Positions 15,552 through 25,706 of a stretch of 64,000 nucleotides of DNA are shown piece by piece (position 1 is the stretch's first letter; the number at the start of each line of letters is the position of its first letter). Under the pieces are notes generated by a model. It saw only the letters and a list, made by a program, of their open reading frames with translations. It had not been told where the DNA came from and made no database searches. Source of the DNA: an uncultured Candidatus Saccharibacteria bacterium (GTDB lineage Bacteria > Patescibacteriota > Saccharimonadia > Saccharimonadales > CAZDBS01); the NCBI GenBank assembly GCA_964503775.1, contig CAZDBS010000001.1:9621-73620 (forward strand). The letters run 5' to 3'. Made by a program: the position numbers and the translations under genes.

Positions 15552-17063
15552 CTACTTGGCGTACTCTATTGCACGAGTTTCACGAATCACATTGACTTTG
15601 ATCGTACCGGGATACTGCATCGTAGACTCGATCTTGGTCGCTACATCTCGGGCTAGCTTGATAGCGCCCAAGTCGTCCATCTCGGTCGGTTTGACAAAGA
15701 CACGGACTTCACGACCAGCACTGATAGCATAGGCCTTCTCAACACCCGTGAAGCCACTAGCAACGTTCTCAAGATCCTTCATCCGTTCGACGAAATTCTC
15801 AGCCGAGATATTACGAGCACCAGGGCGAGCAGCACTGATAGCATCGACAACCCGAACGATCATAGCCTCGGCAGTGGTAGCCTCAATGTCATCATGATGA
15901 GCTTCAGCAGCATGGGAGACATTCTCGGGGACACCATATTTACGAAGCATCTCGCCACTGATGTGATGATGCTTGCCCTCGATCTTATGTGTTAGAGCCT
16001 TACCTAGATCATGAACGAGTGCCGCATATTTACAGATCTTCACGTCGGCACCGATCTGATCGGCCAGAAGTCCAGCCAGGTGAGCCATCTCGGTAGAGTG
16101 TTTAAGAACGTTCTGTCCATACGATGTGCGGAACTTGAGCTCACCGAGAAGCTGCAAGACTTCCTTTGGTATGCCAATGATACCGACTTCGCGAGAGGCA
16201 TCTTCAGCAGCACGGACAACTTCTTTCTGAACATTGGCCTGGGCCTTCTCGACCACTTCCTCGATCCGCCCCGGGTGAACACGACCGTCTTTCAACAGCA
16301 TCTCCATAGCTTGCCGAGCTACTTCCCTACGAATCGGGTCAAAAGAGCTCAGGATGATCATACCTGGCGTATCGTCCACGAGGATGTCGACACCGGTTGC
16401 TCGTTGCAGAGCTTGGATATTCCGTCCCTCTTTCCCGATGATGCGACCTTTCATCTCTTCGTCTTCGAGCTTGACTGCCGTAACCGTCCTCTCAGATGTG
16501 ACTTCGCTCGCCATGCGCTCCATAGCGCTTGTCAAGATAAGTTGAGCTTGATCTTCGGCGTCTTCTTTGGCGTCATTCTGGAGTTTATTCACGAGACCGA
16601 CGAGATCTTCCCTGATGTCCCGCTCGGTCATCTGCATCAACTTATCAGCAGCATCTTTCTTATTCAGTCCAGCGATTTTCTCAAGCTTCTCTTGTTGCTT
16701 AGTGCGAATATCCCTGATTTCGTCCTTCAACTTCTCGACTTCGTCTTCCTGTTTACGAAGTCCTTCTGAACGCTTATCCAGATCGTCCAGTTTTCGATCT
16801 AGGGTCTCTTCTCGATTAACAATACGTTGCTCTAGATCCTTGAGCTCGTTACGACGTTTCTGTTCGTCTCTTCTCGATTCCTCTAGAAGTTTGTTAGCTT
16901 CCTCTTGAGCCTTAGTAATAGCTTTGTTAGCTTCTTTTTCAGCGGCGGCAAGCTTCTTCTCAGCCTCATCAGCAGCCGATCCAATTTTACGCTTGGTGGT
17001 TGCCATGTTAATTACAAAACCGGCAACAGCACCAGCAAGAGTGAACGCAATAGCTGGTCCCAT
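15552..17063 (-). CDS. rny: Ribonuclease Y
   Basis: N-terminal TM, long coiled coil, KH domain (GRIIGKEGRNIQALQ) and HD domain (LVHDLGKA...HH). Confidence 0.95.
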   Translation of the reverse strand: MGPAIAFTLAGAVAGFVINMATTKRKIGSAADEAEKKLAAAEKEANKAITKAQEEANKLLEESRRDEQKRRNELKDLEQRIVNREETLDRKLDDLDKRSEGLRKQEDEVEKLKDEIRDIRTKQQEKLEKIAGLNKKDAADKLMQMTERDIREDLVGLVNKLQNDAKEDAEDQAQLILTSAMERMASEVTSERTVTAVKLEDEEMKGRIIGKEGRNIQALQRATGVDILVDDTPGMIILSSFDPIRREVARQAMEMLLKDGRVHPGRIEEVVEKAQANVQKEVVRAAEDASREVGIIGIPKEVLQLLGELKFRTSYGQNVLKHSTEMAHLAGLLADQIGADVKICKYAALVHDLGKALTHKIEGKHHHISGEMLRKYGVPENVSHAAEAHHDDIEATTAEAMIVRVVDAISAARPGARNISAENFVERMKDLENVASGFTGVEKAYAISAGREVRVFVKPTEMDDLGAIKLARDVATKIESTMQYPGTIKVNVIRETRAIEYAK

Positions 17064-17318
17064 GTTATTTCCTTTCTATTGTTGGATGTCTAGAACAATT
17101 CAGTAACGCACACAAACAACAGATACAAATCGATCTGTCATGACTAATATGCTACCCTTCATAGTCTTATTCGCAATCTGGCAACATCGCAATCTCATCC
17201 TTAGTCGCCAATCGCTAACATCCATTCAACTAGTTATCGTTACATACATAATCGACTCTCAAACTAGAGTCCTGTGGCATATCATACGCCTATATTTACC
17301 CATCTACCAGGGATTTTG

Positions 17319-17708
17319 TTACTTTTTCTGAGGAGTTGTATGAACCTCGCTGCCGTATTCTGGGAGCGAAATTATCTCGGATTCACCAAGGCTTATTCGC
17401 TCGATGCCTCGCTTGATCCAATCCTCGCCTGTTTCAGAAACAATTGGTAAACGCAGGCTATTGGCCAGTGCATTAGCAACCGTGATCCCGATCCTTAAAC
17501 CCGTAAATGAACCGGGACCCTTATAACACAAGATGCCAGTCAGTGATTGGAGTGTTGATTTGTTGTTTCGAAGCAATGATTCGATCCGAGTATGAATCGT
17601 TGACGACAATTCGCGATGTGCGAGCCAAGTATCGTATGCCACCTGTTTGTCATTCAGGTAGAGACCTATTTCGGCTTCAGGTTTATCAGTACGAATGGTC
17701 AGAATCAC
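17319..17708 (-). CDS. tsaB: tRNA t6A biosynthesis protein TsaB, short (N-terminal domain only, 129 aa)
   Basis: GPGSFTGLRIGITVANALA signature. Its start overlaps the tsaE stop (ATGA-type coupling). Confidence 0.75.
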   Translation of the reverse strand: MILTIRTDKPEAEIGLYLNDKQVAYDTWLAHRELSSTIHTRIESLLRNNKSTLQSLTGILCYKGPGSFTGLRIGITVANALANSLRLPIVSETGEDWIKRGIERISLGESEIISLPEYGSEVHTTPQKK

Positions 17709-18166
17709 GCCCGACCCTCCAGTACTTCACCTATATAAACCCAGGCATCGGGATAATCAACCACGATATCGCGCTCATCATCACTCTGTTTCGAAAAGGT
17801 AATCCGTATGCGTTCCGTCGGCAGGATGTCGTGCACGACTTCGCCCCACTCGATGGCCACGACGCCTGATTTGTCCTGAATGTGTTCGGACAGCTCAGCC
17901 CCCACCACCCCAGCGTCTTGAAGCCTATAAAAATCGAAATGATATAACTTCAAGCGACCCTGATATTCACGTACAACAGTAAACGTCGGACTGGCTACTG
18001 GATCCTTGCTGTCTAGTCCCCGAGCCAGACCACGGACAAATGTCGTCTTACCACCTCCAATATCACTAACTAACTCAACTATTTCACCGCCACGACAAGC
18101 TCGTCCCAGTCGCTCGCCTAGCGCTTCGGTTGCGGCGGAATCGGTAGAAAGCATTTGATACGTCAT
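17705..18166 (-). CDS. tsaE: tRNA t6A biosynthesis ATPase TsaE
   Basis: Walker A variant DIGGGKTTFVRGLARGL, SPTFT and YHFDFYRL motifs. Confidence 0.85.
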   Translation of the reverse strand: MTYQMLSTDSAATEALGERLGRACRGGEIVELVSDIGGGKTTFVRGLARGLDSKDPVASPTFTVVREYQGRLKLYHFDFYRLQDAGVVGAELSEHIQDKSGVVAIEWGEVVHDILPTERIRITFSKQSDDERDIVVDYPDAWVYIGEVLEGRA

Positions 18167-19538
18167 GGCGGTATTCTAGTGCACCATACAAGATTGCGCC
18201 AGTGACCGCTAAGCCAATCAGTCGGAGGTTAACCGGCTGCGCTGGTGCAAGCGGCGGGTCACTGATCTCGGTTCGTGCATTTGAACTACTCGAGGCCTTG
18301 GTTTTGGAAGTTGCGGCCGTTGACTTTGAAGTACTCGTACCCTTGGAAGATGCTTTACTGCTCTTCACGGCACCTGATAAGCCTGATGCTTTCGTGATAA
18401 CTGGCGGTGCAACCATCTGATTGGGCGCTCCTGGGGTAGGCGTTATCGTCCATAGCCATTGCCGGCCATCATATGCCCATGCTTGACCATCCGGTCCACC
18501 CTCATAACTAACTGTCGCACCTATTGTCTGTCCATCTGGACCAAGTAAGCGGACGTTACTTATCGTGTTCGACAAGACTATAGACGTCGTCCCCGATGTT
18601 AGTACTAGGTAGCCGTTCGCCACAATGTGTTGTCCGCCCAACGGTTGTGAATGACTAAAGTTAGTGCCTGTTTGTATGATGTACCCATCTAGCGAGATAT
18701 CGTCAGGATTTGGGTTGTATATCTCTACGAACTCATCTTGAGCATCAGTTTGTGGTGCCTTGGGATTTGGCAGTATTTCATTAATCACAAGTAGCGGAAT
18801 TGAGGCAGCTTGGGTTGTGTCGCCTAAAGTATCGGAGGTTGATGATGACTGAGTATTTGTAGTTAGTGGCGGGGAAGTTGTGGTTTGATCAGGTGGGGAA
18901 GTGGTCGTCGGGGCAGGGGACTGATCGATAACAGAAGGGTCACCAGCTGGTGGTTCATTGTCAGAAACCGGCTGGCTGGTAGTTGAAATTGCAAAATCGG
19001 CTAAGTTTACGTCGCTGTCGATATACTCAGCACTGTCATTGACTTTACGCACGAGAGCTTCACTACTGGCGGGTGCGAGTGCCGGCTGATTCCCTTCTGC
19101 CCCATTGGCTGTACTCCCCCATCCTATCGTATCTTGAACGGTCACCGGATCGCTAGCTGTTATCCCTAACTGCACAATCCGTACGTGTCCGGCTGTCGAT
19201 GCCAATCCAGCCGAGAAATGATCATCAGCAAGTTCATCAAGATAGCCAGTACTAGTGATCAGATAATGTTTATGTGCATACAGCGTACCGTGCAGAGTAA
19301 CCTTGGCCGTCCAGCTCGAACCCGTAGCTGATTTGTACTGAAGTTGCCAATTAGAGATATTGACCGGCGCATCGGTGCGGTTGTACAACTCGACATATTC
19401 CTCACTGGCCGAACTCGCAGTGCCCACTTGAATACGTACTATCAGAATCGGCGATGAGACAGTTCCGACTACTGCCTGGACAATAAGAGCAGGCCATAAC
19501 AGAGCTACAACTAGCGCGTGGTGGATTATGCGCTTCAT
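18084..19538 (-). CDS. Secreted protein with two lamin-tail (LTD) domains, Pro/Thr/Ser linker and C-terminal TM anchor
   Basis: Signal peptide MKRIIHHALVVALLWPALIVQA, using the start at M17 of the track ORF. LTD signatures EYVELYNRTDAPVNISNWQL and EFVEIYNPNPDDISLDGYII. C-terminal TM LIGLAVTGAILYGAL. The 3' end overlaps tsaE by about 80 nt. Confidence 0.65.
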   Translation of the reverse strand: MKRIIHHALVVALLWPALIVQAVVGTVSSPILIVRIQVGTASSASEEYVELYNRTDAPVNISNWQLQYKSATGSSWTAKVTLHGTLYAHKHYLITSTGYLDELADDHFSAGLASTAGHVRIVQLGITASDPVTVQDTIGWGSTANGAEGNQPALAPASSEALVRKVNDSAEYIDSDVNLADFAISTTSQPVSDNEPPAGDPSVIDQSPAPTTTSPPDQTTTSPPLTTNTQSSSTSDTLGDTTQAASIPLLVINEILPNPKAPQTDAQDEFVEIYNPNPDDISLDGYIIQTGTNFSHSQPLGGQHIVANGYLVLTSGTTSIVLSNTISNVRLLGPDGQTIGATVSYEGGPDGQAWAYDGRQWLWTITPTPGAPNQMVAPPVITKASGLSGAVKSSKASSKGTSTSKSTAATSKTKASSSSNARTEISDPPLAPAQPVNLRLIGLAVTGAILYGALEYRHDVSNAFYRFRRNRSARRATGTSLSWR

Positions 19539-19613
19539 AGCGTACCTGGCTCGAACTATACGCTTACGCTTATAGGTATGCAACAATTCATATCAAAGCT
19601 GTAGAATAACTGT

Positions 19614-20189
19614 ATGTTGTACCTAATCGAGCATTTTGCGGACATGGCCGTCATGAGTCTCCAAGTCGGCGGGCAAATCGCCCGCTTGGAACGACCACTC
19701 ATTAACCCGAATAACCTCCAGATACTGGGTTTCTATGTCAGCGGAGCCCTACATGGAGGCAAAATACTACTAACCAGTGACATACGTGAATTGAGCGATC
19801 TGGGGGCTCTCGTTGATCATGAAGATAAACTATCCAATGTCGAAGATCTTGTGCGTTTACGAGATATCATCGAGATCGATTTTCAGCTAATTGACAAACC
19901 AGTGGTGACGCTCCGAGGTAAACGTATGGGCAAAGTTATTGATTACATCGTCGATGATGTGTCGTTTATGGTCCAAAAGATCCATATCAAACAATCGGTT
20001 CTCAAGAACTGGGCTGCCGATCAACTAGTAGTTCACCGCTCACAAATCGTCGAAGTTACTGATAAAAAGATTGTCATAAAAGATAACTTGGAAGCTGTCA
20101 AAGAAGAAGATAGGGAAGTGGTCCAAGCTGAAGTAGCGAGCGCCTATTCACCGGCGCCTTCGTCAAGTGCTTCAACAATATCAGAATAA
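19614..20189 (+). CDS. PRC-barrel domain protein (two repeats)
   Basis: YlmC/YmxH-like pattern: MSLQVGGQIARLERPLINPNNLQILGFYV, and a second repeat GKRMGKVIDYIVDDVSFMVQKIHI. The start may instead be the ATG at 19644. Confidence 0.5.
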   Translation: MLYLIEHFADMAVMSLQVGGQIARLERPLINPNNLQILGFYVSGALHGGKILLTSDIRELSDLGALVDHEDKLSNVEDLVRLRDIIEIDFQLIDKPVVTLRGKRMGKVIDYIVDDVSFMVQKIHIKQSVLKNWAADQLVVHRSQIVEVTDKKIVIKDNLEAVKEEDREVVQAEVASAYSPAPSSSASTISE

Positions 20190-20755
20190 CTGAATCCTTG
20201 ACGTGTTAAGTATTGCATGAGTTTGAGTTTGTCTTTGTAACGAGCCTGACGTTGTTTCTTGGCGATTAGTTGGCGCAGAGCAGCTTGTTCGCTTTCCTTA
20301 GGGTTATCAAGTAATTCGTGCAACAGTTCCCTATCGATCCCCTTCTGAAGCAGTTCTTGATACAGTCGTCTCGTACTTCTCTGTTTACTCCGCCGACGCG
20401 ACTCGATCCATGCCTCTGCAAAAACCCGATCATCGAGATATCGATATCCATATAGCCGTGCCACGACCGCATCGATAAGTTCTGGATCATAGTGTTTCCG
20501 ACGAAGATAATCGCGAATCTCATATTCGCTATGCAGACGACGGAGAAGCTTCATAGTACACAATAAATACGCCTTGCTCTCTAATCCGCTTTTTTTGAGC
20601 TGTTCTAGCTGGACATCATCCAGTTCATCCTTTCTACGCAGCCCTCGAGCAACGACCTCATCCATACTCAGTGAGCAACAGTACCCCCCGTCCACGTAGA
20701 TATTGACACGCTCCGGGTTTTTTGACTGCTGCGAAATTTGCGTGATAACGGGCAT
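20144..20755 (-). CDS. recX: RecA regulator RecX
   Basis: Three-helix repeat architecture (RVNIYVDGGY...SEYEIRDYLRRK...), immediately downstream of recA. Confidence 0.8.
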   Translation of the reverse strand: MPVITQISQQSKNPERVNIYVDGGYCCSLSMDEVVARGLRRKDELDDVQLEQLKKSGLESKAYLLCTMKLLRRLHSEYEIRDYLRRKHYDPELIDAVVARLYGYRYLDDRVFAEAWIESRRRSKQRSTRRLYQELLQKGIDRELLHELLDNPKESEQAALRQLIAKKQRQARYKDKLKLMQYLTRQGFSYSDIVEALDEGAGE

Positions 20756-20770
20756 CGGATAGCCCTTTCT

Positions 20771-21826
20771 CTAGTCTTGAATTTCTGCCTTTTCCGATTT
20801 GGTCTCAGCTGCTAGCACTTCCTTGGTTATTTTCTCTAAGACTTTGGGGTTATCTTTCAGATACTGCTTGGTCGCTTCTCGCCCCTGCCCAATTTTGGAA
20901 CCGTCGTAGTCATACCACGCCCCCATCTTGCCCACAATTCCCTTCTCGGCCGCTAGATCTAGCACATCGCCCTCGACTGAAATACCTTGGTTGTACATGA
21001 TATCAAACTCGGCTTCGCGAAATGGTGCAGCTACCTTGTTCTTAACCACTTTGACGCGAGTTCGATTCCCAATCACCTCTTCCCCGCTCTTAATCTGAGA
21101 GATGCGACGGATATCCATGCGAACCGAGGCATAAAATTTGAGAGCATTACCACCAGTTGTCGTCTCGGGGTTACCAAACATAACACCGATCTTCATACGC
21201 AGCTGGTTCAGAAATATGACAGTTGTTTTGCTGCGACTGATGATGCCGGTCAACTTACGAAGCGCCTGACTCATGAGACGAGCCTGCAGACCCATGTGGC
21301 TATCTCCCATCTCACCTTCGATCTCGGCTCGAGGCGTAAGTGCCGCCACCGAGTCAATCACGACTATATCAACTGCGTTGGACCGCACCAGCGTCTCCAC
21401 TATCTCGAGTGCTTGCTCGCCGTCATCAGGTTGGGAGATCAGTAGTGTCCCTAGATTGACGCCAAGCCGGCTGGCGTACTGCGGATCGAGAGCATGCTCG
21501 GCATCGATGAAGGCTGCCGTACCTCCTGATTTTTGTACCTCGGCAATAGCATGCAGGCTCAGTGTCGTCTTACCAGATGACTCAGGACCATAGATCTCGA
21601 TGATTCGTCCTTTGGGGATGCCACCACCTAGTGCAATATCGAGGCTGATGCTGCCGGTCGAGATCGTTTCAACATTGATTTTGTGGGTGTCAGTCAGACG
21701 CATGATCGCGCCTTTGCCAAACTGTTTTTCGATTTGGTCCATAGCAAGACCGAGGGCTTTGGTTTTGCTATCGCTCTTATCAGTTGTCGTGTCGATCGGT
21801 TCGCCTGTCTTTGACTTGTTGGCCAT
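20771..21826 (-). CDS. recA: Recombinase RecA
   Basis: [10 protein letters not shown] Walker [10 protein letters not shown], and near-universal RecA blocks throughout. Confidence 0.97.
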   Translation of the reverse strand: MANKSKTGEPIDTTTDKSDSKTKALGLAMDQIEKQFGKGAIMRLTDTHKINVETISTGSISLDIALGGGIPKGRIIEIYGPESSGKTTLSLHAIAEVQKSGGTAAFIDAEHALDPQYASRLGVNLGTLLISQPDDGEQALEIVETLVRSNAVDIVVIDSVAALTPRAEIEGEMGDSHMGLQARLMSQALRKLTGIISRSKTTVIFLNQLRMKIGVMFGNPETTTGGNALKFYASVRMDIRRISQIKSGEEVIGNRTRVKVVKNKVAAPFREAEFDIMYNQGISVEGDVLDLAAEKGIVGKMGAWYDYDGSKIGQGREATKQYLKDNPKVLEKITKEVLAAETKSEKAEIQD

Positions 21827-21978
21827 TTCAGTAATCCCTCCGTTAATCTTCTCAAATTATACACACTTTTGCGTTAGAGTCAGTTTTAGTGTGATATTTG
21901 TCTATATGCAGTTTGGTGCAGAATACTTGTGGAAGTTTTTATGTCATAAGCATTATGAGTTATACTTGAATCAAAATT

Positions 21979-23772
21979 ATGCGCGTCTCAGATAAAACCG
22001 TCGAGCAGTTACTCAAAAAATCGGGCAAAGTCGATGCTGACTTGTTGACTAAATTACACGAGCAAAGTGATAGCGAAAAAAAACCACTTCAAGACATAGC
22101 TATCAAAAGCGGAGCGATAACTGAACTTGAGCTAACTAAACTCTATGCTCAAGTTGTCGACGTACCATTTGTCGAACTCAATCCCAAAGAAATCAAGCGT
22201 GAAATTATGCAACGCATACCCGAGCGAGTTGCTCGCCAATACAACGTCATTCTCTATGGCATCGGCGACGATCAAGTCTCCCTTCTCGCCATGGAGGATC
22301 CGGACGACATCCAAGCAATCAGTTTCCTGCAGAAACAACTCGGAGATAACATCCGTGTCTACATCGCTACGAAATCTCAGATCCTAGAAGCACTTGAACA
22401 ATACCGCGAAAATATTGGGTCAGAACTTACCAAAGTCGCCTCAGAGACCGGCGAGGACGAGGCAGTCGAAGAAGTCAGTGCCGCAGACGTCGCCGAAGAC
22501 TCGCCTATTGCTCAAACGGTTAACCTAATCATCGAATTCGCCGTAAAATCGAGTGCGTCCGACATTCACATCGAACCACGCGAAAACTACGTTTCCGTCC
22601 GTTATCGCATCGATGGCATCCTGAAAGAAGTAAACAAATTACCCAAAAAAGTCATGGCGGCACTGGTATCGCGCATCAAAATCCTCTCCAATCTAAAGAT
22701 CGACGAGCGGCGCGCACCCCAGGACGGACGAATCAAGGTTCAGCTTAATGGCATGGTCTATGCCCTGCGTGTCTCCACCTTACCGATAATGGATGGTGAG
22801 AAAGTCGTCATGCGTATCCTGGATGAGACCAGCAAGGCCTTGACTCTTGAGGAGCTAGGTTATTGGGGCCAAGCCCTAGAGACTATTAACAAAGCAATTA
22901 TCCAGCCCCACGGCATGATTCTGGTAACTGGACCGACTGGGTCGGGTAAATCGACCAGTCTATTCAGTGTGCTTAGTATGCTCAACAGCCCAACCGTCAA
23001 TATCTCCACTGTCGAGGACCCAGTTGAATATCGTATCGCCGGCGTTAACCAAACTCAAGTAAATCCCGTTGCCGGCATGACTTTCGCCAACGGCCTGCGA
23101 GCACTTCTACGCCAGGACCCCAACATTATCATGGTTGGTGAGATCCGTGACGGTGAAACCGCGGGCTTAGGCGTCCAAGCCGCCCTGACGGGCCACTTGG
23201 TGTTCTCTACGCTACACACCAATAATGCCGCGACCTGCTTGCCTCGCTTACTAGATATGGGGATTGAGCCATTTCTCATCGCCAGTACGGTACGGGCTGT
23301 TGTCGGCCAGCGTCTCGTGCGGCGATTGTGCGTTGATTGCCGTGAGCAATACGTACCTGACGAAGCAGCGCTCAAACAAATCAGAGAAATTTTCCATATA
23401 GAAGACACAGCACGGATGAAACATATCCATGATCTAGAAGACGCTGCCGCCAAAGCCGGTATTGGCACAAACGGTGATAAGCCAATGGAGTTGGCAAGTG
23501 ACGAGAAAGGCTTAGTGAAGCTTTGGAAGGCTCACGAAGGTGGCTGTGATCAATGCGGACACAACGGCTACAAAGGTCGTATGGGCATCTATGAGGTACT
23601 GGATAATACGTCGAATGTCCAAAATCTTATCGTCAGCAATGCCACTAGTGAGGTTATCCAGCAACAGGCCGTTACTGACGGTATGGTCCCCATACAGCTC
23701 GATGGGTTCGTCAAGGCACTTCGTGGTCAAACAAGCATAGAAGAGATCTTGCGCGTAACCTCTGAGAACTAA
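21979..23772 (+). CDS. pilB: Type IV pilus assembly ATPase PilB (GspE family)
   Basis: T2SSE N-domain, Walker A GPTGSGKST, Asp/His boxes, and the tetracysteine motif CVDC...CDQCGHNGYKGR. Confidence 0.9.
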   Translation: MRVSDKTVEQLLKKSGKVDADLLTKLHEQSDSEKKPLQDIAIKSGAITELELTKLYAQVVDVPFVELNPKEIKREIMQRIPERVARQYNVILYGIGDDQVSLLAMEDPDDIQAISFLQKQLGDNIRVYIATKSQILEALEQYRENIGSELTKVASETGEDEAVEEVSAADVAEDSPIAQTVNLIIEFAVKSSASDIHIEPRENYVSVRYRIDGILKEVNKLPKKVMAALVSRIKILSNLKIDERRAPQDGRIKVQLNGMVYALRVSTLPIMDGEKVVMRILDETSKALTLEELGYWGQALETINKAIIQPHGMILVTGPTGSGKSTSLFSVLSMLNSPTVNISTVEDPVEYRIAGVNQTQVNPVAGMTFANGLRALLRQDPNIIMVGEIRDGETAGLGVQAALTGHLVFSTLHTNNAATCLPRLLDMGIEPFLIASTVRAVVGQRLVRRLCVDCREQYVPDEAALKQIREIFHIEDTARMKHIHDLEDAAAKAGIGTNGDKPMELASDEKGLVKLWKAHEGGCDQCGHNGYKGRMGIYEVLDNTSNVQNLIVSNATSEVIQQQAVTDGMVPIQLDGFVKALRGQTSIEEILRVTSEN

Positions 23773-23774
23773 TC

Positions 23775-25004
23775 ATGGCTAAGTTTACATATACAGCTCT
23801 CGGACAAAACGGCAAACAGGTAACCGGTACGGCCGACGCTCAAAATCGAGAAAAACTCATAGAGCTACTCCAAAAACAAAACCTGAAACCTCTGACAGTC
23901 GAGGAAGGAGGTGGTAAAAAGGGTGAGATAAGCCTAGGGTTTTTGACCAAAGGCAAAAAAGTCAAAACCAAAGATCTCGTTGTTTTCACCAGGCAACTGG
24001 CAACTATGATTTCGGCCGGAGTCCCCCTAACCCGTAGTCTTGCTACTTTGCAGGCCCAGGCCGAGAATAAAGCATTCAAAGAGATAATTGGTAAAATCGC
24101 CAAGGACGTCGAGGGCGGAACGCAGCTGGCCGATGCTTTTGCTAAATTTCCCCGTGTTTTTTCGGACGTATACGTTAACATGATGCGAGCCGGTGAAGCC
24201 GGGGGCATCTTAGATAAGATCATGGATCGTTTGGCAGCACAGGTCGAGAAGGAGGCTAGCATCAAAAAGAAAATCAAGAGCGCCTCGACCTATCCTCTTG
24301 TTATATCGTTCATCACGGTTATCGCTTTCTTCGGTATGATGACATTTGTCGTTCCAAAGTTGGGCAAGCTTCTAACTGACTTGGGTGGCCCAAACTCCAA
24401 ACTACCCGTACAGACCCAAATATTGCTTAATATCAGTGACTTTGTGCGACACAACATTATCTTCATACTAGTCGGACTTATAGGTGGCGGCATCGGACTC
24501 AGGCGCTACACCAGGACAACTCGCGGCAAATATCAGTTGCATGCCCTACTACTGAGAATCCCCGTACTCAAAACAGTTATTATCAAAATCTCCATCGCTC
24601 GTTTTGCCCGAACATTTGCCTCACTTATGTCAGCCGGCGTCTCGGTACTGGATGCTCTCGAAGTTACCGGTGGAGCTATCGGCAACAAAGTTATCGAGAA
24701 GGAACTAAAAGAGGCTGCCTTGGAAGTACGCAACGGCAAGCAGTTATCTGAACCATTGTCCAAAAGTAAGCATTTCCCGCCAATCGTCAGTCAGATGTTA
24801 TCAGTTGGTGAAGAGACAGGTAAAGTCGATACTATTCTGCTCAAAGTTGCTGATTTCTACGAAGAAGAAGTTGACGCCGTTATCGATGGCCTAGCATCAA
24901 TCATAGAGCCCATCATGATCATAGTCCTGGGCGGGATGGTCGGTCTTTTGGCAGCTTCAATCATGGGACCAATAGCTGGCCTTAGTAAGAATATCGGTAA
25001 TTAG
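23775..25004 (+). CDS. pilC: Type IV pilus platform protein PilC (GspF family)
   Basis: Two T2SSF repeats (FTRQLATMISAGVPL... and FARTFASLMSAGVSVL...) and 3 TM segments. Confidence 0.9.
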   Translation: MAKFTYTALGQNGKQVTGTADAQNREKLIELLQKQNLKPLTVEEGGGKKGEISLGFLTKGKKVKTKDLVVFTRQLATMISAGVPLTRSLATLQAQAENKAFKEIIGKIAKDVEGGTQLADAFAKFPRVFSDVYVNMMRAGEAGGILDKIMDRLAAQVEKEASIKKKIKSASTYPLVISFITVIAFFGMMTFVVPKLGKLLTDLGGPNSKLPVQTQILLNISDFVRHNIIFILVGLIGGGIGLRRYTRTTRGKYQLHALLLRIPVLKTVIIKISIARFARTFASLMSAGVSVLDALEVTGGAIGNKVIEKELKEAALEVRNGKQLSEPLSKSKHFPPIVSQMLSVGEETGKVDTILLKVADFYEEEVDAVIDGLASIIEPIMIIVLGGMVGLLAASIMGPIAGLSKNIGN

Positions 25005-25128
25005 TCGCAATAACCGCTTGACGCCGTAACGGTAATGCTTAATAATGTGCGTCAGATACTTGTCGCTTATCCTCGGAGCGGCGCAAGGTCTTGTTACTAA
25101 ACTAAACAACAAGGAGGGTGGGACCTTT

Positions 25129-25620
25129 ATGGTTGCACTAAACAAAAGAAAAGAAGGCTTCACAATTGTTGAGCTTTTGATTGTTATCGTTGTCATTGGT
25201 ATCTTGGCCTTGATTACGATCACAACATTTACAGGCGTTACAGCAAAGGCTCGTAACACCGAACGTCAAGCAGATGTTAAGGCGATTCATGGACAGCTCG
25301 AAGCATTTCGTGCTGAGAAGGGTTACTACCCGACTCTAGCTCATATGAACGACTATGCTGGTTTCGTCAACGTAAGTCTCAAAGGCCTAGACAAGGAAGC
25401 TTTGAAAGACCCGGGTGCTACAGCAACTGACGGTACTGAATACCAACTCAGTAGCTCAGCCAGCACGAACGTCTACCAGTACACGGTTGGCAGTACCGCA
25501 GCTCTTGATGCCGCCGCATTGGCAGCCTGTGCAGCCACTGAGAGTAGCTGTCTCTACTACACCTTGACTTCAACGCTTGAGAACGGTGGCGGCACCTTCT
25601 CCAAAGTAAACCTTCAGTAG
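25129..25620 (+). CDS. Major type IV pilin (prepilin with class III signal)
   Basis: MVALNKRKEG|FTIVELLIVIVVIGILA with Glu5. AGGAGG RBS 8 nt upstream of the ATG at 25129. C-terminal Cys pair. Strong terminator downstream. Confidence 0.85.
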   Translation: MVALNKRKEGFTIVELLIVIVVIGILALITITTFTGVTAKARNTERQADVKAIHGQLEAFRAEKGYYPTLAHMNDYAGFVNVSLKGLDKEALKDPGATATDGTEYQLSSSASTNVYQYTVGSTAALDAAALAACAATESSCLYYTLTSTLENGGGTFSKVNLQ

Positions 25621-25642
25621 CTCTACTGATCGAAGTCTTGCA

Positions 25643-25674
25643 ATAAGCCCCAGATTAACCTGGGGCTTATTTGT
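25643..25674 (+). terminator. Rho-independent terminator after major pilin
   Basis: ataagcccca / tggggcttat 10-bp stem followed by ttgt. Confidence 0.7.
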
Positions 25675-25706
25675 ACCAAAATGCTATACTACTTATAAAC
25701 ATAATC

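Noticed and set aside
16011-16769. A 252-aa ORF, plus several others at 16354-17106, antisense to rny.
   Set aside because: They lie entirely inside the confidently identified RNase Y gene on the opposite strand. The translations are low-complexity and Ser/Leu-rich, as expected from the antisense of a Glu/Lys-rich coiled coil.
21827-21978. I looked for a LexA/SOS (Cheo-type CGAAC-N4-GTTCG) box in the recA-pilB divergent region.
   Set aside because: I saw no convincing palindrome of that type. The lineage-specific LexA motif is unknown to me, so I make no call.
20987-21995. ORFs antisense to recA (152, 106 and 131 aa).
   Set aside because: These are shadow frames of recA. The last one also runs through the divergent promoter region into pilB territory without any coding features.
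25045-25128. N-terminal extensions of track ORFs, which the track starts at the first ATG/GTG/TTG. Examples: pilin 25045, minor pilin 25671, pilO 29883, ruvA 33267, hrcA 46987, LTD 19586, Crp 58057 and hydrolase 59856.
   Set aside because: In each case an internal start gives a canonical N-terminus (prepilin leader, signal peptide, or family-typical first residues). It also gives a good RBS and/or removes overlap with operators or neighbouring genes.
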